Part shown: positions 33,808 to 48,800 of the stretch, in pieces | Numbering within the stretch: position 1 is the stretch's first letter | How the letters are laid out: every line of letters starts with the position of its first letter | Assembly (NCBI GenBank): GCA_964016885.1 | Contig: CAXHJY010000834.1 | Coordinates: 186,001-250,000 of the forward strand | Length of the DNA: 64,000 bases | Direction of reading: 5' to 3' | From: Eledone cirrhosa | Lineage: Eukaryota | Program-made: the position numbers and the translations under genes | Notes under the pieces: model-generated | Seen by the model: the letters and a program-made list of their open reading frames with translations, nothing else | What the model was told of the DNA's origin: nothing | The model's database searches: none

Positions 33808-36800
33808 CAGACACCAGTACTAGGACCAAATACAGTTAGTGTGAAAAGACATAAGTAATAGGACCAAATACAGTTAGTGTGAACAGATACCAGTACTAGG
33901 ACCAAATACAGTTAGTGTGAAAAGACACCAGTACTAGGACCAAATACAGTTAGTGTGAAAAGACATAAGTAATAGGACCAAATACTGTTAGTGTGAACAG
34001 ATACCAGTACTAGGACCAAATACAGTTAGTGTGAAAAGACACCAGTACTAGGACCAAATACAGTTAGTGTGAAAAGACATAAGTAATAGGACCAAATACT
34101 GTTAGTGTGAACAGATACCAGTACTAGGACCAAATACAGTTAGTGTGAAAAGACATCAGTACTAGGACCAAATACAGTTAGTGTCAACAGACACCAGTAC
34201 TAGAACCAAATACAGTTAGTGTGAAAAGACACCAGTACTAGGACCAAATACAGTTAGTGTGAAAAGACACCAGTACTAGGAACAAATACAGTTAGTGTGA
34301 AAAGACACCAGTACTAGAACCAAATACAGTTAGTGTGAAAAGACATCAGTACTAGAACCAAATACAGTTAGTGTGAAAAGACATCAGTACTAGGACCAAA
34401 TACAGTTAGTGTGAACAGATACCAGTACTAGGACCAAATACAGTTAGTGTGAAAAGATACCAGTGCTAGGACCAAATACAGTTAGTGTGAAAAGACACCA
34501 GTACTAGGACCAAATACAGTTAGTGTGAAAAGACAACAGTACTAGGACCAAATACAGTTAGTGTGAAAAGACATCAGTACTAGGACCAAATACAGTTAGT
34601 GTGAACAGATACCAGTACTAGGACCAAATACAGTTAGTGTGAAAAGATACCAGTGCTAGGACCAAATACAGTTAGTGTGAAAAGACACCAGTACTAGGAC
34701 CAAATACAGTTAGTGTGAAAAGACACCAGTACTAGGACCAAATACAGTTAGTGTGAAAAGACATCAGTACTAGGACCAAATACAGTTAGTGTCAACAGAC
34801 ACCAGTACTAGAACCAAATACAGTTAGTGTGAAAAGACACCAGTACTAGGACCAAATACAGTTAGTGTGAAAAGACACCAGTACTAGGAACAAATACAGT
34901 TAGTGTGAAAAGACACCAGTACTAGGACCAAATACAGTTAGTGTGAAAAGACACCAGTACTAGAACCAAATACAGTTAGTGTGAAAAGACACCAGTACTA
35001 GGACCAAATACAGTTAGTGTGAAAAGACACCAGTACTAGGAACAAATACAGTTAGTGTGAAAAGACACCAGTACTAGAACCAAATACAGTTAGTGTGAAA
35101 AGACACCAGTACTAGGAACAAATACAGTTAGTGTGAAAAGACACCAGTACTAGAACCAAATACAGTTAGTGTGAAAAGTCATCAGTACTAGAACCAAATA
35201 CAGTTAGTGTGAAAAGACATCAGTACTAGGACCAAATACAGTTAGTGTGAAAAGACACCAGTACTAGGACCAAATACAGTTAGTGTGAAAAGACATCAGT
35301 ACTAGAACCAAATACAGTTAGTGTGAAAAGACATCAGTACTAGAACCAAATACAGTTAGTGTGAAAAGACATCAGTACTAGAACCAAATACAGTTAGTGT
35401 GAAAAGACACCAGTATAGGACCAAATACAGTTAGTGTGAAAAGACACCAGTACTAGGAACAAATACAGTTAGTGTGAAAAGATACCAGTACTAGAACCAA
35501 ATACAGTTAGTGTTAAAAGATACCAGTACTAGGACCAAATACAGTTAGTGTGAAAAGACACCAGTACTAGGACTAAATACAGTTAGTGTGAAAAGACACC
35601 AGTACTAGGACCAAATACAGTTAGTGTGAAAAGACATCAGTACTAGAACCAAATACAGTTAGTGTGAAAAGATACCAGTACTAGGACCAAATACAGTTAG
35701 TGTGAAAAGACATCAGTACTAGGACCAAATACAGTTAGTGTGAAAAGACACCAGTACTAGGACCAAATACAGTTAGTGTGAAAAGACATCAGTACTAGAA
35801 CCAAATACAGTTAGTGTGAAAAGACATCAGTACTAGAACCAAATACAGTTAGTGTGAAAAGACATCAGTACTAGGACCAAATACAGTTAGTGTGAAAAGA
35901 CACCAGTACTAGGACTAAATACAGTTAGTGTGAAAAGACACCAGTACTAGGACCAAATACAGTTAGTGTGAAAAGACATCAGTACTAGAACCAAATACAG
36001 TTAGTGTGAAAAGATACCAGTACTAGGACCAAATACAGTTAGTGTGAAAAGACATCAGTACTAGGACCAAATACAGTTAGTGTGAAAAGACACCAGTACT
36101 AGGACCAAATACAGTTAGTGTGAAAAGACATCAGTACTAGAACCAAATACAGTTAGTGTGAAAAGACATCAGTACTAGAACCAAATACAGTTAGTGTGAA
36201 AAGACATCAGTACTAGGACCAAATACAGTTAGTGTGAAAAGACACCAGTACTAGGACTAAATACAGTTAGTGTGAAAAGACACCAGTACTAGGACCAAAT
36301 ACAGTTAGTGTGAAAAGACATCAGTACTAGAACCAAATACAGTTAGTGTGAAAAGATACCAGTACTAGGACCAAATACAGTTAGTGTGAAAAGACATCAG
36401 TACTAGGACCAAATACAGTTAGTGTGAAAAGACACCAGTACTAGGACCAAATACAGTTAGTGTGAAAAGACATCAGTACTAGAACCAAATACAGTTAGTG
36501 TGAAAAGATACCAGTACTAGGACCAAATACAGTTAGTGTGAAAAGACATCAGTACTAGGACCAAATACAGTTAGTGTGAAAAGACACCAGTACTAGGACC
36601 AAATACAGTTAGTGTGAAAAGACATCAGTACTAGAACCAAATACAGTTAGTGTGAAAAGATACCAGTACTAGGACCAAATACAGTTAGTGTGAAAAGACA
36701 TCAGTACTAGGACCAAATACAGTTAGTGTGAAAAGACACCAGTACTAGGACCAAATACAGTTAGTGTGAAAAGACATCAGTACTAGAACCAAATACAGTT

Positions 36801-39800
36801 AGTGTGAAAAGATACCAGTACTAGGACCAAATACAGTTAGTGTGAAAAGACATCAGTACTAGGACCAAATACAGTTAGTGTGAAAAGACACCAGTACTAG
36901 GACCAAATACAGTTAGTGTGAAAAGATACCAGTACTAGGACCAAATACAGTTAGTGTGAAAAGACATCAGTACTAGGACCAAATACAGTTAGTGTGAAAA
37001 GACATCAGTACTAGGACCAAATACAGTTAGTGTGAAAAGACATCAGTACTAGGACCAAATACAGTTAGTGTGAAAAGACATCAGTACTAGAACCAAATAC
37101 AGTTAGTGTGAAAAGACATCAGTACTAGAACCAAATACAGTTAGTGTGAAAAGATACCAGTACTAGGACCAAATACAGTTAGTGTGAAAAGACATCAGTA
37201 CTAGGACCAAATACAGTTAGTGTGAAAAGATACCAGTACTAGGACCAAATACAGTTAGTGTGAAAAGATACCAGTACTAGGACCAAATACAGTTAGTGTG
37301 AAAAGACATCAGTACTAGGACCAAATACAGTTAGTGTGAAAAGACACCAGTACTAGGACCAAATACAGTTAGTGTGAAAAGATACCAGTACTAGGACCAA
37401 ATACAGTTAGTGTGAAAAGACATCAGTACTAGGACCAAATACAGTTAGTGTGAAAAGACATCAGTACTAGAACCAAATACAGTTAGTGTGAAAAGATACC
37501 AGTACTAGGACCAAATACAGTTAGTGTGAAAAGACATCAGTACTAGGACCAAATACAGTTAGTGTGAAAAGACATCAGTACTAGGACCAAATACAGTTAG
37601 TGTGAAAAGACATCAGTACTAGAACCAAATACAGTTAGTGTGAAAAGATACCAGTACTAGGACCAAATACAGTTAGTGTGAAAAGATACCAGTACTAGGA
37701 CCAAATACAGTTAGTGTGAAAAGATACCAGTACTAGGACCAAATGCAGTTAGTGTGAAAAGATACCAGTACTAGGACCAAATACAGTTAGTGTGAAAAGA
37801 CATCAGTACTAGGACCAAATACAGTTAGTGTGAAAAGACATCAGTACTAGGACCAAATACAGTTAGTGTGAAAAGATACCAGTACAAGGACCAAATACAG
37901 TTAGTGTGAAAAGACATCAGTACTAGAACCAAATACAGTTAGTGTTAAAAGATACCAGTACTAGGACCAAATACAGTTAGTGTGAAAAGACACCACTACT
38001 AGGACCAAATACAGTTAGTGTGAAAAGATACCAGTACTAGGACCAAATACAGTTAGTGTGAAAAGATACCAGTACTAGGACCAAATACAGTTAGTGTGAA
38101 AAGACACCAGTACTAGGACCAAATACAGTTAGTGTGAAAAGACATCAGTACTAGAACCAAATACAGTTAGTGTGAAAAGATACCAGTACTAGGACCAAAT
38201 ACAGTTAGTGTGAAAAGACATCAGTACTAGAACCAAATACAGTTAGTGTGAAAAGACATCAGTACTAGGACCAAATACAGTTAGTGTGAAAAGACATCAG
38301 TACTAGAAACAAATACAGTTAGTGTGAAAAGATACCAGTACTAGGACCAAATACAGTTAGTGTGAAAAGACACCAGTACTAGGACCAAATACAGTTAGTG
38401 TGAAAAGACATCAGTACTAGAACCAAATACAGTTAGTGTGAAAAGACATCAGTACTAGAACCAAATACAGTTAGTGTGAAAAGACACCAGTACTAGGACC
38501 AAATACAGTTAGTCTGAATAGATACCAGTACTAGGACCAAATACAGTTAGTGTGAAAAGATACCAGTACTAGGACCAAATACAGTTAGTGTGAAAAGACA
38601 TCAGTACTATAACCAAATACAGTTAGTGTGAAAAGACATCAGTACTAGGACCAAATACAGTTAGTGTGAAAAGACACCAGTACTAGGACCAAATACAGTT
38701 AGTCTGAATAGATACCAGTACTAGGACCAAATACAGTTAGTGTGAAAAGATACCAGTACTAGGACCAAATACAGTTAGTGTGAAAAGACATCAGTACTAG
38801 AACCAAATACAGTTAGTGTGAAAAGACATCAGTACTAGGACCAAATACAGTTAGTGTGAAAAGACACCAGTACTAGGACCAAATACAGTTAGTGTGAAAA
38901 GACATCAGTACTAGAACCAAATACAGTTAGTGTGAAAAGACACCAGTACTAGGACCAAATACAGTTAGTGTGAAAAGACACCAGTACTAGGACCAAATAC
39001 AGTTAGTGTGAAAAGACATCAGTACTAGAACCAAATACAGTTAGTGTGAAAAGACATCAGTACTAGGACCAAATACAGTTAGTGTGAAAAGACACCAGTA
39101 CTAGGACCAAATACAGTTAGTGTGAAAAGGCACCAGTACTAGGACCAAATACAGTTAGTGTGAAAAGACATCAGTACTAGAACCAAATACAGTTAGTGTG
39201 AAAAGACATCAGTACTAGGACCAAATACAGTTAGTGTGAAAAGACATCAGTACTAGAACCAAATACAGTTAGTGTGAAAAGACATCAGTACTAGGACCAA
39301 ATACAGTTAGTGTGAAAAGACACCAGTACTAGGACCAAATACAGTTAGTGTGAAAAGACACCAGTACTAGGACCAAATACAGTTAGTGTGAAAAGACATC
39401 AGTACTAGGACCAAATACAGTTAGTGTGAAAAGACATCAGTACTAGGACCAAATACAGTTAGTGTGAAAAGACATCAATACTAGGACCAAATACAGTTAG
39501 TGTGAAAAGATACCAGTACTAGGACCAAATACAGTTAGTGTGAAAAGACACCAGTACTAGGACCAAATACAGTTAGTGTGAAAAGATACCAGTACTAGGA
39601 CCAAATACAGTTAGTGTGAAAAGATACCAGTACTAGGACCAAATACAGTTAGTGTGCAAAGACACCAGTACTAGGACCAAATACAGTTAGTGTGAAAAGA
39701 TACCAGTACTAGGACCAAATACAGTTAGTGTGAAAAGATACCAGTACTAGGACCAAATACAGTTAGTGTGAAAAGATACCAGTACTAGGACCAAATACAG

Positions 39801-42800
39801 TTAGTGTGAAAAGACACCAGTACTAGGACCAAATACAGTTAGTGTGAAAAGATACCAGTACTAGGACCAAATACAGTTAGTGTGAAAAGATACCAGTACT
39901 AGGCCCAAATACAGTTAGTGTGAAAAGATACCAGTACTAGGACCAAATACAGTTAGTGTGAAAAGACAGCAGTACTAGGACCAAATACAGTTAGTGTGAA
40001 AAGATACCAGTACTAGGACCAAATACAGTTAGTGTGAAAAGATACCAGTACTAGGACCAAATACAGTTAGTGTGAAAAGACACCAGTAATAGGACCAAAT
40101 ACAGTTAGTGTGAAAAGATACCAGTACTAGGACCAAATACAGTTAGTGTGAAATGATACCAGTACTAGGACCAAATACAGTTAGTGTGAACAGACACCAG
40201 TACTAGGACCAAATACAGTTAGTGTGAAAAGATACCAGTACTAGGACCAAATACAGTTAGTGTGAAAAGACACCAGTACTAGGACCAAATACAGTTAGTG
40301 TTAAAAGATACCAGTACTAGGACCAAATACAGTTAGTGTGAAAAGATACCAGTACTAGGACCAAATACAGTTAGTGTGAAAAGATACCAGTACTAGTACC
40401 AAATACAGTTAGTGTGAAAAGATACCAGTACTAGGACCAAATACAGTTAGTGTGAAAAGATACCAGTACTAGGACCAAATACAGTTAGTGTGAAAAGATA
40501 CCAGTACTAGGACCAAATACAGTTAGTGTGAAAAGACATCAGTACTAGGACCAAATACTGTTAGTGTGAAAAGATACCAGTACTAGGACCAAATACAGTT
40601 AGTGTAAAAAGACACAAATACTAGGACCAAATACAGTTAGTGTGAAAAGATACCAGTACTAGGACCAAATACAGTTAGTGTGAAAAGACATCAGTACTAG
40701 GACCAAATACTGTTAGTGTGAAAAGATACCAGTACTAGGACCAAATACAGTTAGTGTAAAAAGACACAAGTACTAGGACCAAATACAGTTAGTGTGAAAA
40801 GATACCAGTACTAGGACCAAATACAGTTAGTGTGAAAAGACATCAGTACTAGGACCAAATACAGTTAGTGTGAAAAGATATCAGTACTAGGACCAAATAC
40901 AGTTAGTGTGAAAAGACACCAGTACTAGGACCAAATACTGTTAGTGTAAAAAGATACCAGTACTAGGACCAAATACAGTTAGTGTAAAAAGATACCAGTA
41001 CTAAGACTAAATACAGTTAGTGTGAAATGATACCAGTACTAGGACCAAATACAGTTAGTGTGAACAGACACCAGTACTAGGACCAAATACAGTTAGTGTG
41101 AAAAGACACCAGTACTAGGACCAAATACAGTTAGTGTGAAAAGACACCAGTACTAGGACCAAATACAGTTAGTGTGAAAAGACACCAGTACTAGGACCAA
41201 ATACAGTTAGTGTGAAAAGACATCAGTACTAGGACCAAATACAGTTAGTGTGAAAAGACACCAGTACTAGGACCAAATACAGTTAGTGTGAAAAGATACC
41301 AGTACTAGGACCAAATACAGTTAGTGTGAAAAGATACCAGTACTAGGACCAAATACTGTTAGTGTGAAAAGATACCAGTACTAGAACCAAATACAGTTAG
41401 TGTGAAAAGATACCAGTACTAGGACCAAATACAGTTAGTGTGAACAGACACCAGTACTAGGACCAAATACAGTTAGTGTGAAAAGACACCAGTACTAGGA
41501 CCAAATACAGTTAGTGTGAAAAGACACCAGTACTAGGACCAAATACAGTTAGTGTGAAAAGATACCAGTACTAGGACCAAATACAGTTAGTGTGAAAAGA
41601 TACCAGTACTAGGCCCAAATACAGTTAGTGTGAAAAGACACCAGTACTAGGACCAAATACAGTTAGTGTGAAAAGACACCAGTACTAGGACCAAATACAG
41701 TTAGTGTGAAAAGATACCAGTACTAGGACCAAATACAGTTAGTGTGAAAAGACACCAGTACTAGGACCAAATACAGTTAGTGTGAAAAGATACCAGTACT
41801 AGGACCAAATACAGTTAGTGTGAAAAGATACCAGTACTAGGCCCAAATACAGTTAGTGTGAAAAGACACCAGTACTAGGACCAAATACAGTTAGTGTGAA
41901 AAGACACCAGTACTAGGACCAAATACAGTTAGTGTGAAAAGATACCAGTACTAGGACCAAATACAGTTAGTGTGAAAAGACACCAGTACTAGGACCAAAT
42001 ACAGTTAGTGTGAAAAGATACCAGTACTAGGACCAAATACAGTTAGTGTGAAAAGATACCAGTACTAGGCCCAAATACAGTTAGTGTGAAAAGATACCAG
42101 TACTAGGACCAAATACAGTTAGTGTGAAAAGACACCAGTACTAGGACCAAATACAGTTAGTGTGAAAAGATACCAGTACTAGGACCAAATACAGTTAGTG
42201 TGAAAAGATACCAGTACTAGGACCAAATACAGTTAGTGTGAAAAGACACCAGTACTAGGACCAAATACAGTTAGTGTGAAAAGATACCAGTACTAGGACC
42301 AAATACAGTTAGTGTGAAAAGATACCAGTACTAGGACCAAATACAGTTAGTGTGAAAAGATACCAGTACTAGGCCCAAATACAGTTAGTGTGAAAAGATA
42401 CCAGTACTAGGACCAAATACAGTTAGTGTGAAAAGACACCAGTACTATGACCAAATACAGTTAGTGTGAAAAGATACCAGTACTAGGACCAAATACAGTT
42501 AGTGTGAAAAGACACCAGTACTAGGACCAAATACAGTTAGTGTGAAAAGATACCAGTACTAGGACCAAATACAGTTAGTGTGAAAAGATACCAGTACTAG
42601 GCCCAAATACAGTTAGTGTGAAAAGATACCAGTACTAGGACCAAATACAGTTAGTGTGAAAAGACACCAGTACTAGGACCAAATACAGTTAGTGTGAAAA
42701 GATACCAGTACTAGGACCAAATACAGTTAGTGTGAAAAGACACCAGTACTAGGACCAAATACAGTTAGTGTGAAAAGATACCAGTACTAGGACCAAATAC

Positions 42801-45800
42801 AGTTAGTGTGAAAAGATACTAGTACTAGGACCAAATACAGTTAGTGTGAAAAGATACCAGTACTAGGACCAAATACAGTTAGTGTGAAAAGACACCAGTA
42901 CTAGGACCAAATACAGTTAGTGTGAAAAGACACCAGTACTAGGACCAAATACAGTTAGTGTGAAAAGACACCAGTAGTAGGACCAAATACAGTTAGTGTG
43001 AAAAGACACCAGTACTAGGACCAAATACAGTTAGTGTGAACAGACACCAGTACGAGGACCAAATACAGTTAGTGTGAACAGACACCAGTACTAGGACCAA
43101 ATACAGTTAGTGTGAAAAGACACCAGTACTAGAACCAAATACAGTTAGTGTGAAAAGACACCAGTACTAGGACCAAATACAGTTAGTGTGAAAAGACACC
43201 AGTACTAGGACCAAATACAGTTAGTGTGAACAGACACCAGTACTAGGACCAAATACAGTTAGTGTGAAAAGACACCAGTACTAGAACCAAATACAGTTAG
43301 TGTGAAAAGACACCAGTACTAGAACCAAATACAGTTAGTGTGAAAAGACACCAGTACTAGGACCAAATACAGTTAGTGTGAACAGATACCAGTACTAGGA
43401 CCAAATACAGTTAGTGTGAAAAGACACCAGTACTAGAACCAAATACAGTTAGTGTGAACAGACATCAGTACTAGGACCAAATACAGTTAGTGTGAAAAGA
43501 TACCAGTACTAGGACCAAATACAGTTAGTGTGAAAAGACACCAGTACTAGGACCAAATACAGTTAGTCTGAAAAGACACCAGTACTAGAACCAAATACAG
43601 TTAGTGTGAAAAGACACCAGTACTAGAACCAAATACAGTTAGTGTGAAAAGACACCAGTACTAGAACCAAATACAGTTAGTGTGAAAAGACACCAGTACT
43701 AGAACCAAATACAGTTAGTGTGAACAGACACCAGTACTAGGACCAAATACAGTTAGTGTGAAAAGACACCAGTACTAGGACCAAATACAGTTAGTGTGAA
43801 CAGACACCAGTACTAGGACCAAATACAGTTAGTGTGAAAAGACACCAGTACTATGACCAAATACAGTTAGTGTGAAAAGACACCAGTACTAGGACCAAAT
43901 ACAGTTAGTGTGAAAAGATACCAGTACTAGGACCAAATACAGTTAGTGTGAAAAGATACCAGTACTAGGACCAAATACAGTTAGTGTGAAAAGATACCAG
44001 TACTAGGACCAAATACAGTTAGTGTGAAAAGACACCAGTACTAGGACCAAATACAGTTAGTCTGAAAAGATACCAGTAATAGGACCAAGTACAGTTAGTG
44101 TGAAAAGATACCAGTACAAGGACCAAATACAGTTAGTGTGAACAGACACCAGTACTAGGACCAAATACAGTTAGTGTGAAAAGATACCAGTACAAGGACC
44201 AATATACAGTTAGTGTGAAAAGACACCAGTACTAGGACCAAATACAGTTAGTGTGAACAGACACCAGTACTAGGACCAAATAAAGTTAGTGTGAAAAGAT
44301 ACCAGTACTAGGACCAAATACAGTTAGTGTGAAAAGACATCAGTACTAGGACCAAATACTGTTAGTGTGAAAAGATACCAGTACTAGGACCAAATACAGT
44401 TAGTGTAAAAAGACACAAGTACTAGGACCAAATACAGTTAGTGTGAAAAGATACCAGTACTAGGACCAAATACAGTTAGTGTGAAAAGACATCAGTACTA
44501 GGACCAAATACTGTTAGTGTGAAAAGATACCAGTACTAGGACCAAATACAGTTAGTGTAAAAAGACACAAGTACTAGGACCAAATACAGTTAGTGTGAAA
44601 AGATACCAGTACTAGGACCAAATACAGTTAGTGTGAAAAGACATCAGTACTAGGACCAAATACAGTTAGTGTGAAAAGATATCAGTACTAGGACCAAATA
44701 CAGTTAGTGTGAAAAGACACCAGTACTAGGACCAAATACTGTTAGTGTGAAAAGATACCAGTACTAGGACCAAATACAGTTAGTGTAAAAAGATACCAGT
44801 ACTAAGACTAAATACAGTTAGTGTGAAATGATACCAGTACTAGGACCAAATATAGTTAGTGTGAACAGACACCAGTACTAGGACCAAATACAGTTAGTGT
44901 GAAAAGACACCAGTACTAGGACCAAATACAGTTAGTGTGAAAAGACATCAGTACTAGGACCAAATACTGTTAGTGTGAAAAGATACCAGTACTAGAACCA
45001 AATACAGTTAGTGTGAAAAGATACCAGTACTAGGACCAAATACAGTTAGTGTGAACAGACACCAGTACTAGGACCAAATACAGTTAGTGTGAAAAGACAC
45101 CAGTACTAGGACCAAATACAGTTAGTGTGAAAAGACACCAGTACTAGAACCAAATACAGTTAGTGTGAAAAGATACCAGTACTAGGACCAAATACAGTTA
45201 GTGTGAAAAGATACCAGTACTAGGACCAAATACAGTTAGTGTGAAAAGACACCAGTACTAGGACCAAATACAGTTAGTGTGAACAGACATCAGTACTAGG
45301 ACCAAATACAGTTAGTCTGAAAAGACACCAGTACTAGGACCAAATACAGTTAGTGTGAAAAGACACCAGTACTAGGACCAAATACAGTTAGTGTGAAAAG
45401 ACACCAGTACTAGGACCAAATACAGTTAGTGTGGACAGACACCAGTACTAGGACCAAATACAGTTAGTGTGAACAGACATCAGTACTAGGACAAAATACA
45501 GTTAGTGTGAAAAGACACCAGTACTAGGACCAAATACAGTTAGTGTGAAAAGACACCAGTACTAGGACCAAATACAGTTAGTGTGAACAGACACCAGTAC
45601 TAGGACAAAATACAGTTAGTGTGAAAAGACACCAGTACTAGGACCAAATACAGTTAGTGTGAAAAGACACCAGTACTAGGACCAAATACAGTTAGTGTGA
45701 AAAGATACCAGTACTAGGACCAAATACAGTTAGTGTGAAAAGATACCAGTACTAGGACCAAATACAGTTAGTGTGAAAAGACACCAGTACTAGGACCAAA

Positions 45801-48800
45801 TACAGTTAGTGTGAAAAGACACCAGTACTAGGACCAAATACAGTTAGTGTGAACAGACACCAGTACTAGGACAAAATACAGTTAGTGTGAAAAGACACCA
45901 GTACTAGGACCAAATACAGTTAGTGTGAAAAGACACCAGTACTAGGACCAAATACAGTTAGTGTGAAAAGATACCAGTACTAGGACCAAATACAGTTAGT
46001 GTGAAAAGATACCAGTACTAGGACCAAATACAGTTAGTGTGAAAAGACACCAGTACTAGGACCAAATACAGTTAGTGTGAAAAGATACCAGTACTAGGAC
46101 CAAATACAGTTAGTGTGCAAAGATACCAGTACTAGGACCAAATACAGTTAGTGTGAAAAGACACCAGTACTAGGACCAAATACAGTTAGTGTGAAAAGAT
46201 ACCAGTACTAGGACCAAATACAGTTAGTGTGAAAAGATACCAGTACTAGGACCAAATACAGTTAGTGTGAAAAGATACCAGTACTAGGACCAAATACAGT
46301 TAGTGTGAAAAGATACCAGTACTAGGACCAAATACAGTTAGTGTTAAAAGATACCAGTACTAGAACCAAATACAGTTAGTGTGAAAAGACACCAGTACTA
46401 GGACCAAATACAGTTAGTGTGAAAAGATACCAGTACTAGGACCAAATACAGTTAGTGTGAAAAAATACCAGTACTAGGCCCAAATACAGTTAGTGTGAAA
46501 AGATACCAGTACTAGGACCAATACAGTTAGTGTGAAAAGACACCAGTACTAGGACCAAATACAGTTAGTGTTAAAAGATACCAGTACTAGGACCAAATAC
46601 AGTTAGTGTGAAAAGACACCAGTACTAGGACCAAATACAGTTAGTGTGAAAAGATACCAGTACTAGGACCAAATACAGTTAGTGTGAAAAGATACCAGTA
46701 CTAGGACCAAATACAGTTAGTGTGAAAAGATACCAGTACTAGGACCAAATACAGTTAGTGTGAAAAGATACCAGTACTAGGACCAAATACAGTTAGTGTT
46801 AAAAGATACCAGTACTAGAACCAAATACAGTTAGTGTGAAAAGACACCAGTACTAGGACCAAATACAGTTAGTGTGAAAAGATACCAGTACTAGGACCAA
46901 ATACAGTTAGTGTGAAAAGATACCAGTACTAGGCCCAAATACAGTTAGTGTGAAAAGATACCAGTACTAGGACCAAATACAGTTAGTGTGAAAAGACACC
47001 AGTACTAGGACCAAATACAGTTAGTGTGAAAAGATACCAGTACTAGGACCAAATACAGTTAGTGTGAAAAGATACCAGTACTAGGCCCAAATACAGTTAG
47101 TGTTAAAAGATACCAGTACTAGAACCAAATACAGTTAGTGTGAAAAGACACCAGTACTAGGACCAAATACAGTTAGTGTGAAAAGATACCAGTACTAGGA
47201 CCAAATACAGTTAGTGTGAAAAGATACCAGTACTAGGCCCAAATACAGTTAGTGTGAAAAGATACCAGTACTAGGACCAAATACAGTTAGTGTGAAAAGA
47301 CACCAGTACTAGGACCAAATACAGTTAGTGTGAAAAGATACCAGTACTAGGACCAAATACAGTTAGTGTGAAAAGATACCAGTACTAGGACCAAATACAG
47401 TTAGTGTGAAAAGACACCAGTACTAGGACCAAATACAGTTAGTGTGAAAAGACACCAGTACTAGGACCAAATACAGTTAGTGTGAAAAGATACCAGTACT
47501 AGAACCAAATACAGTTAGTGTGAACAGACACCAGTACTAGGACCAAATACAGTTAGTGTGAAAAGATACCAGTACTAGGACCAAATACAGTTAGTGTGAA
47601 ATGATACCAGTACTAGGACCAAATACAGTTAGTGTGAACAGACACCAGTACTAGGACCAAATACAGTTAGTGTGAAAAGACACCAGTACTAGGACCAAAT
47701 ACAGTTAGTGTGAAAAGACACCAGTAATAGGACCAAATACAGTTAGTGTGAAAAGATACCAGTACTAGGACCAAATACAGTTAGTGTGAAAAGATACCAG
47801 TACTAGGACCAAATACAGTTAGTGTGAAAAGATACCAGTACTAGTACCAAATACAGTTAGTGTGAAAAGATACCAGTACTAGGACCAAATACAGTTAGTG
47901 TGAAAAGACACCAGTACTAGGACCAAATACAGTTAGTGTGAAAAGACATCAGTACTAGGACCAAATACAGTTAGTGTGAAAAGACACCAGTACTAGGACC
48001 AAATACAGTTAGTGTGAAAAGACACCAGTACTAGAACCAAATACAGTTAGTGTGAAAAGACACCAGTACTAGGACCAAATACAGTTAGTGTAAAAAGATA
48101 CCAGTACTAGCACCAAATACAGTTAGTGTGAAAAGATACCAGTACTAGGACCAAATACAGTTAGTGTGAACAGACACCAGTACTAGGACCAAATACAGTT
48201 AGTGTGAAAAGACACCAGTACTAGGACCAAATACAGTTAGTGTGAAAAGACACCAGTACTAGAACCAAATACAGTTAGTGTGAAAAGACACCAGTACTAG
48301 GACCAAATACAGTTAGTGTAAAAAGATACCAGTACGAGGACCAAATACAGTTAGTGTGAAGAGATACCAGTACTAGGACCAAATACAGTTAGTGTGAAAA
48401 GATACCAGTACTAGCACCAAATACAGTTAGTGTGAAAAGATACCAGTACTAGGACCAAATACAGTTAGTGTGAAAAGATACCAGTACTAGGACCAAATAC
48501 AGTTAGTGTCAACAGACACCAGTACTAGGTACAAATACAGTTAGTGTGAAAAGACACCAGTACTCTGGACCAAATACAGTTAGTGTGAAAAGACACCAGT
48601 ACTAGGACCAAATACAGTTAGTGTGAAAAGACACCAGTACTAGGACCAAATACAGTTAGTGTGAAAAGACACCAGTACTAGGACCAAATACAGTTAGTGT
48701 GAAAAGATACCAGTACTAGGACCAAATACAGTTAGTGTGAAAAGACACCAGTACTAGGACCAAATACAGTTAGTGTGAAAAGATACCAGTACTAGGACCA

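Noticed and set aside
33600-33850. Satellite monomer derived from the adjacent SINE core (AAAGTACCAGTA vs AAAGATACCAGTA)
   Set aside because: The similarity covers only ~12 nt of AT-rich sequence, which is insufficient without alignment statistics.
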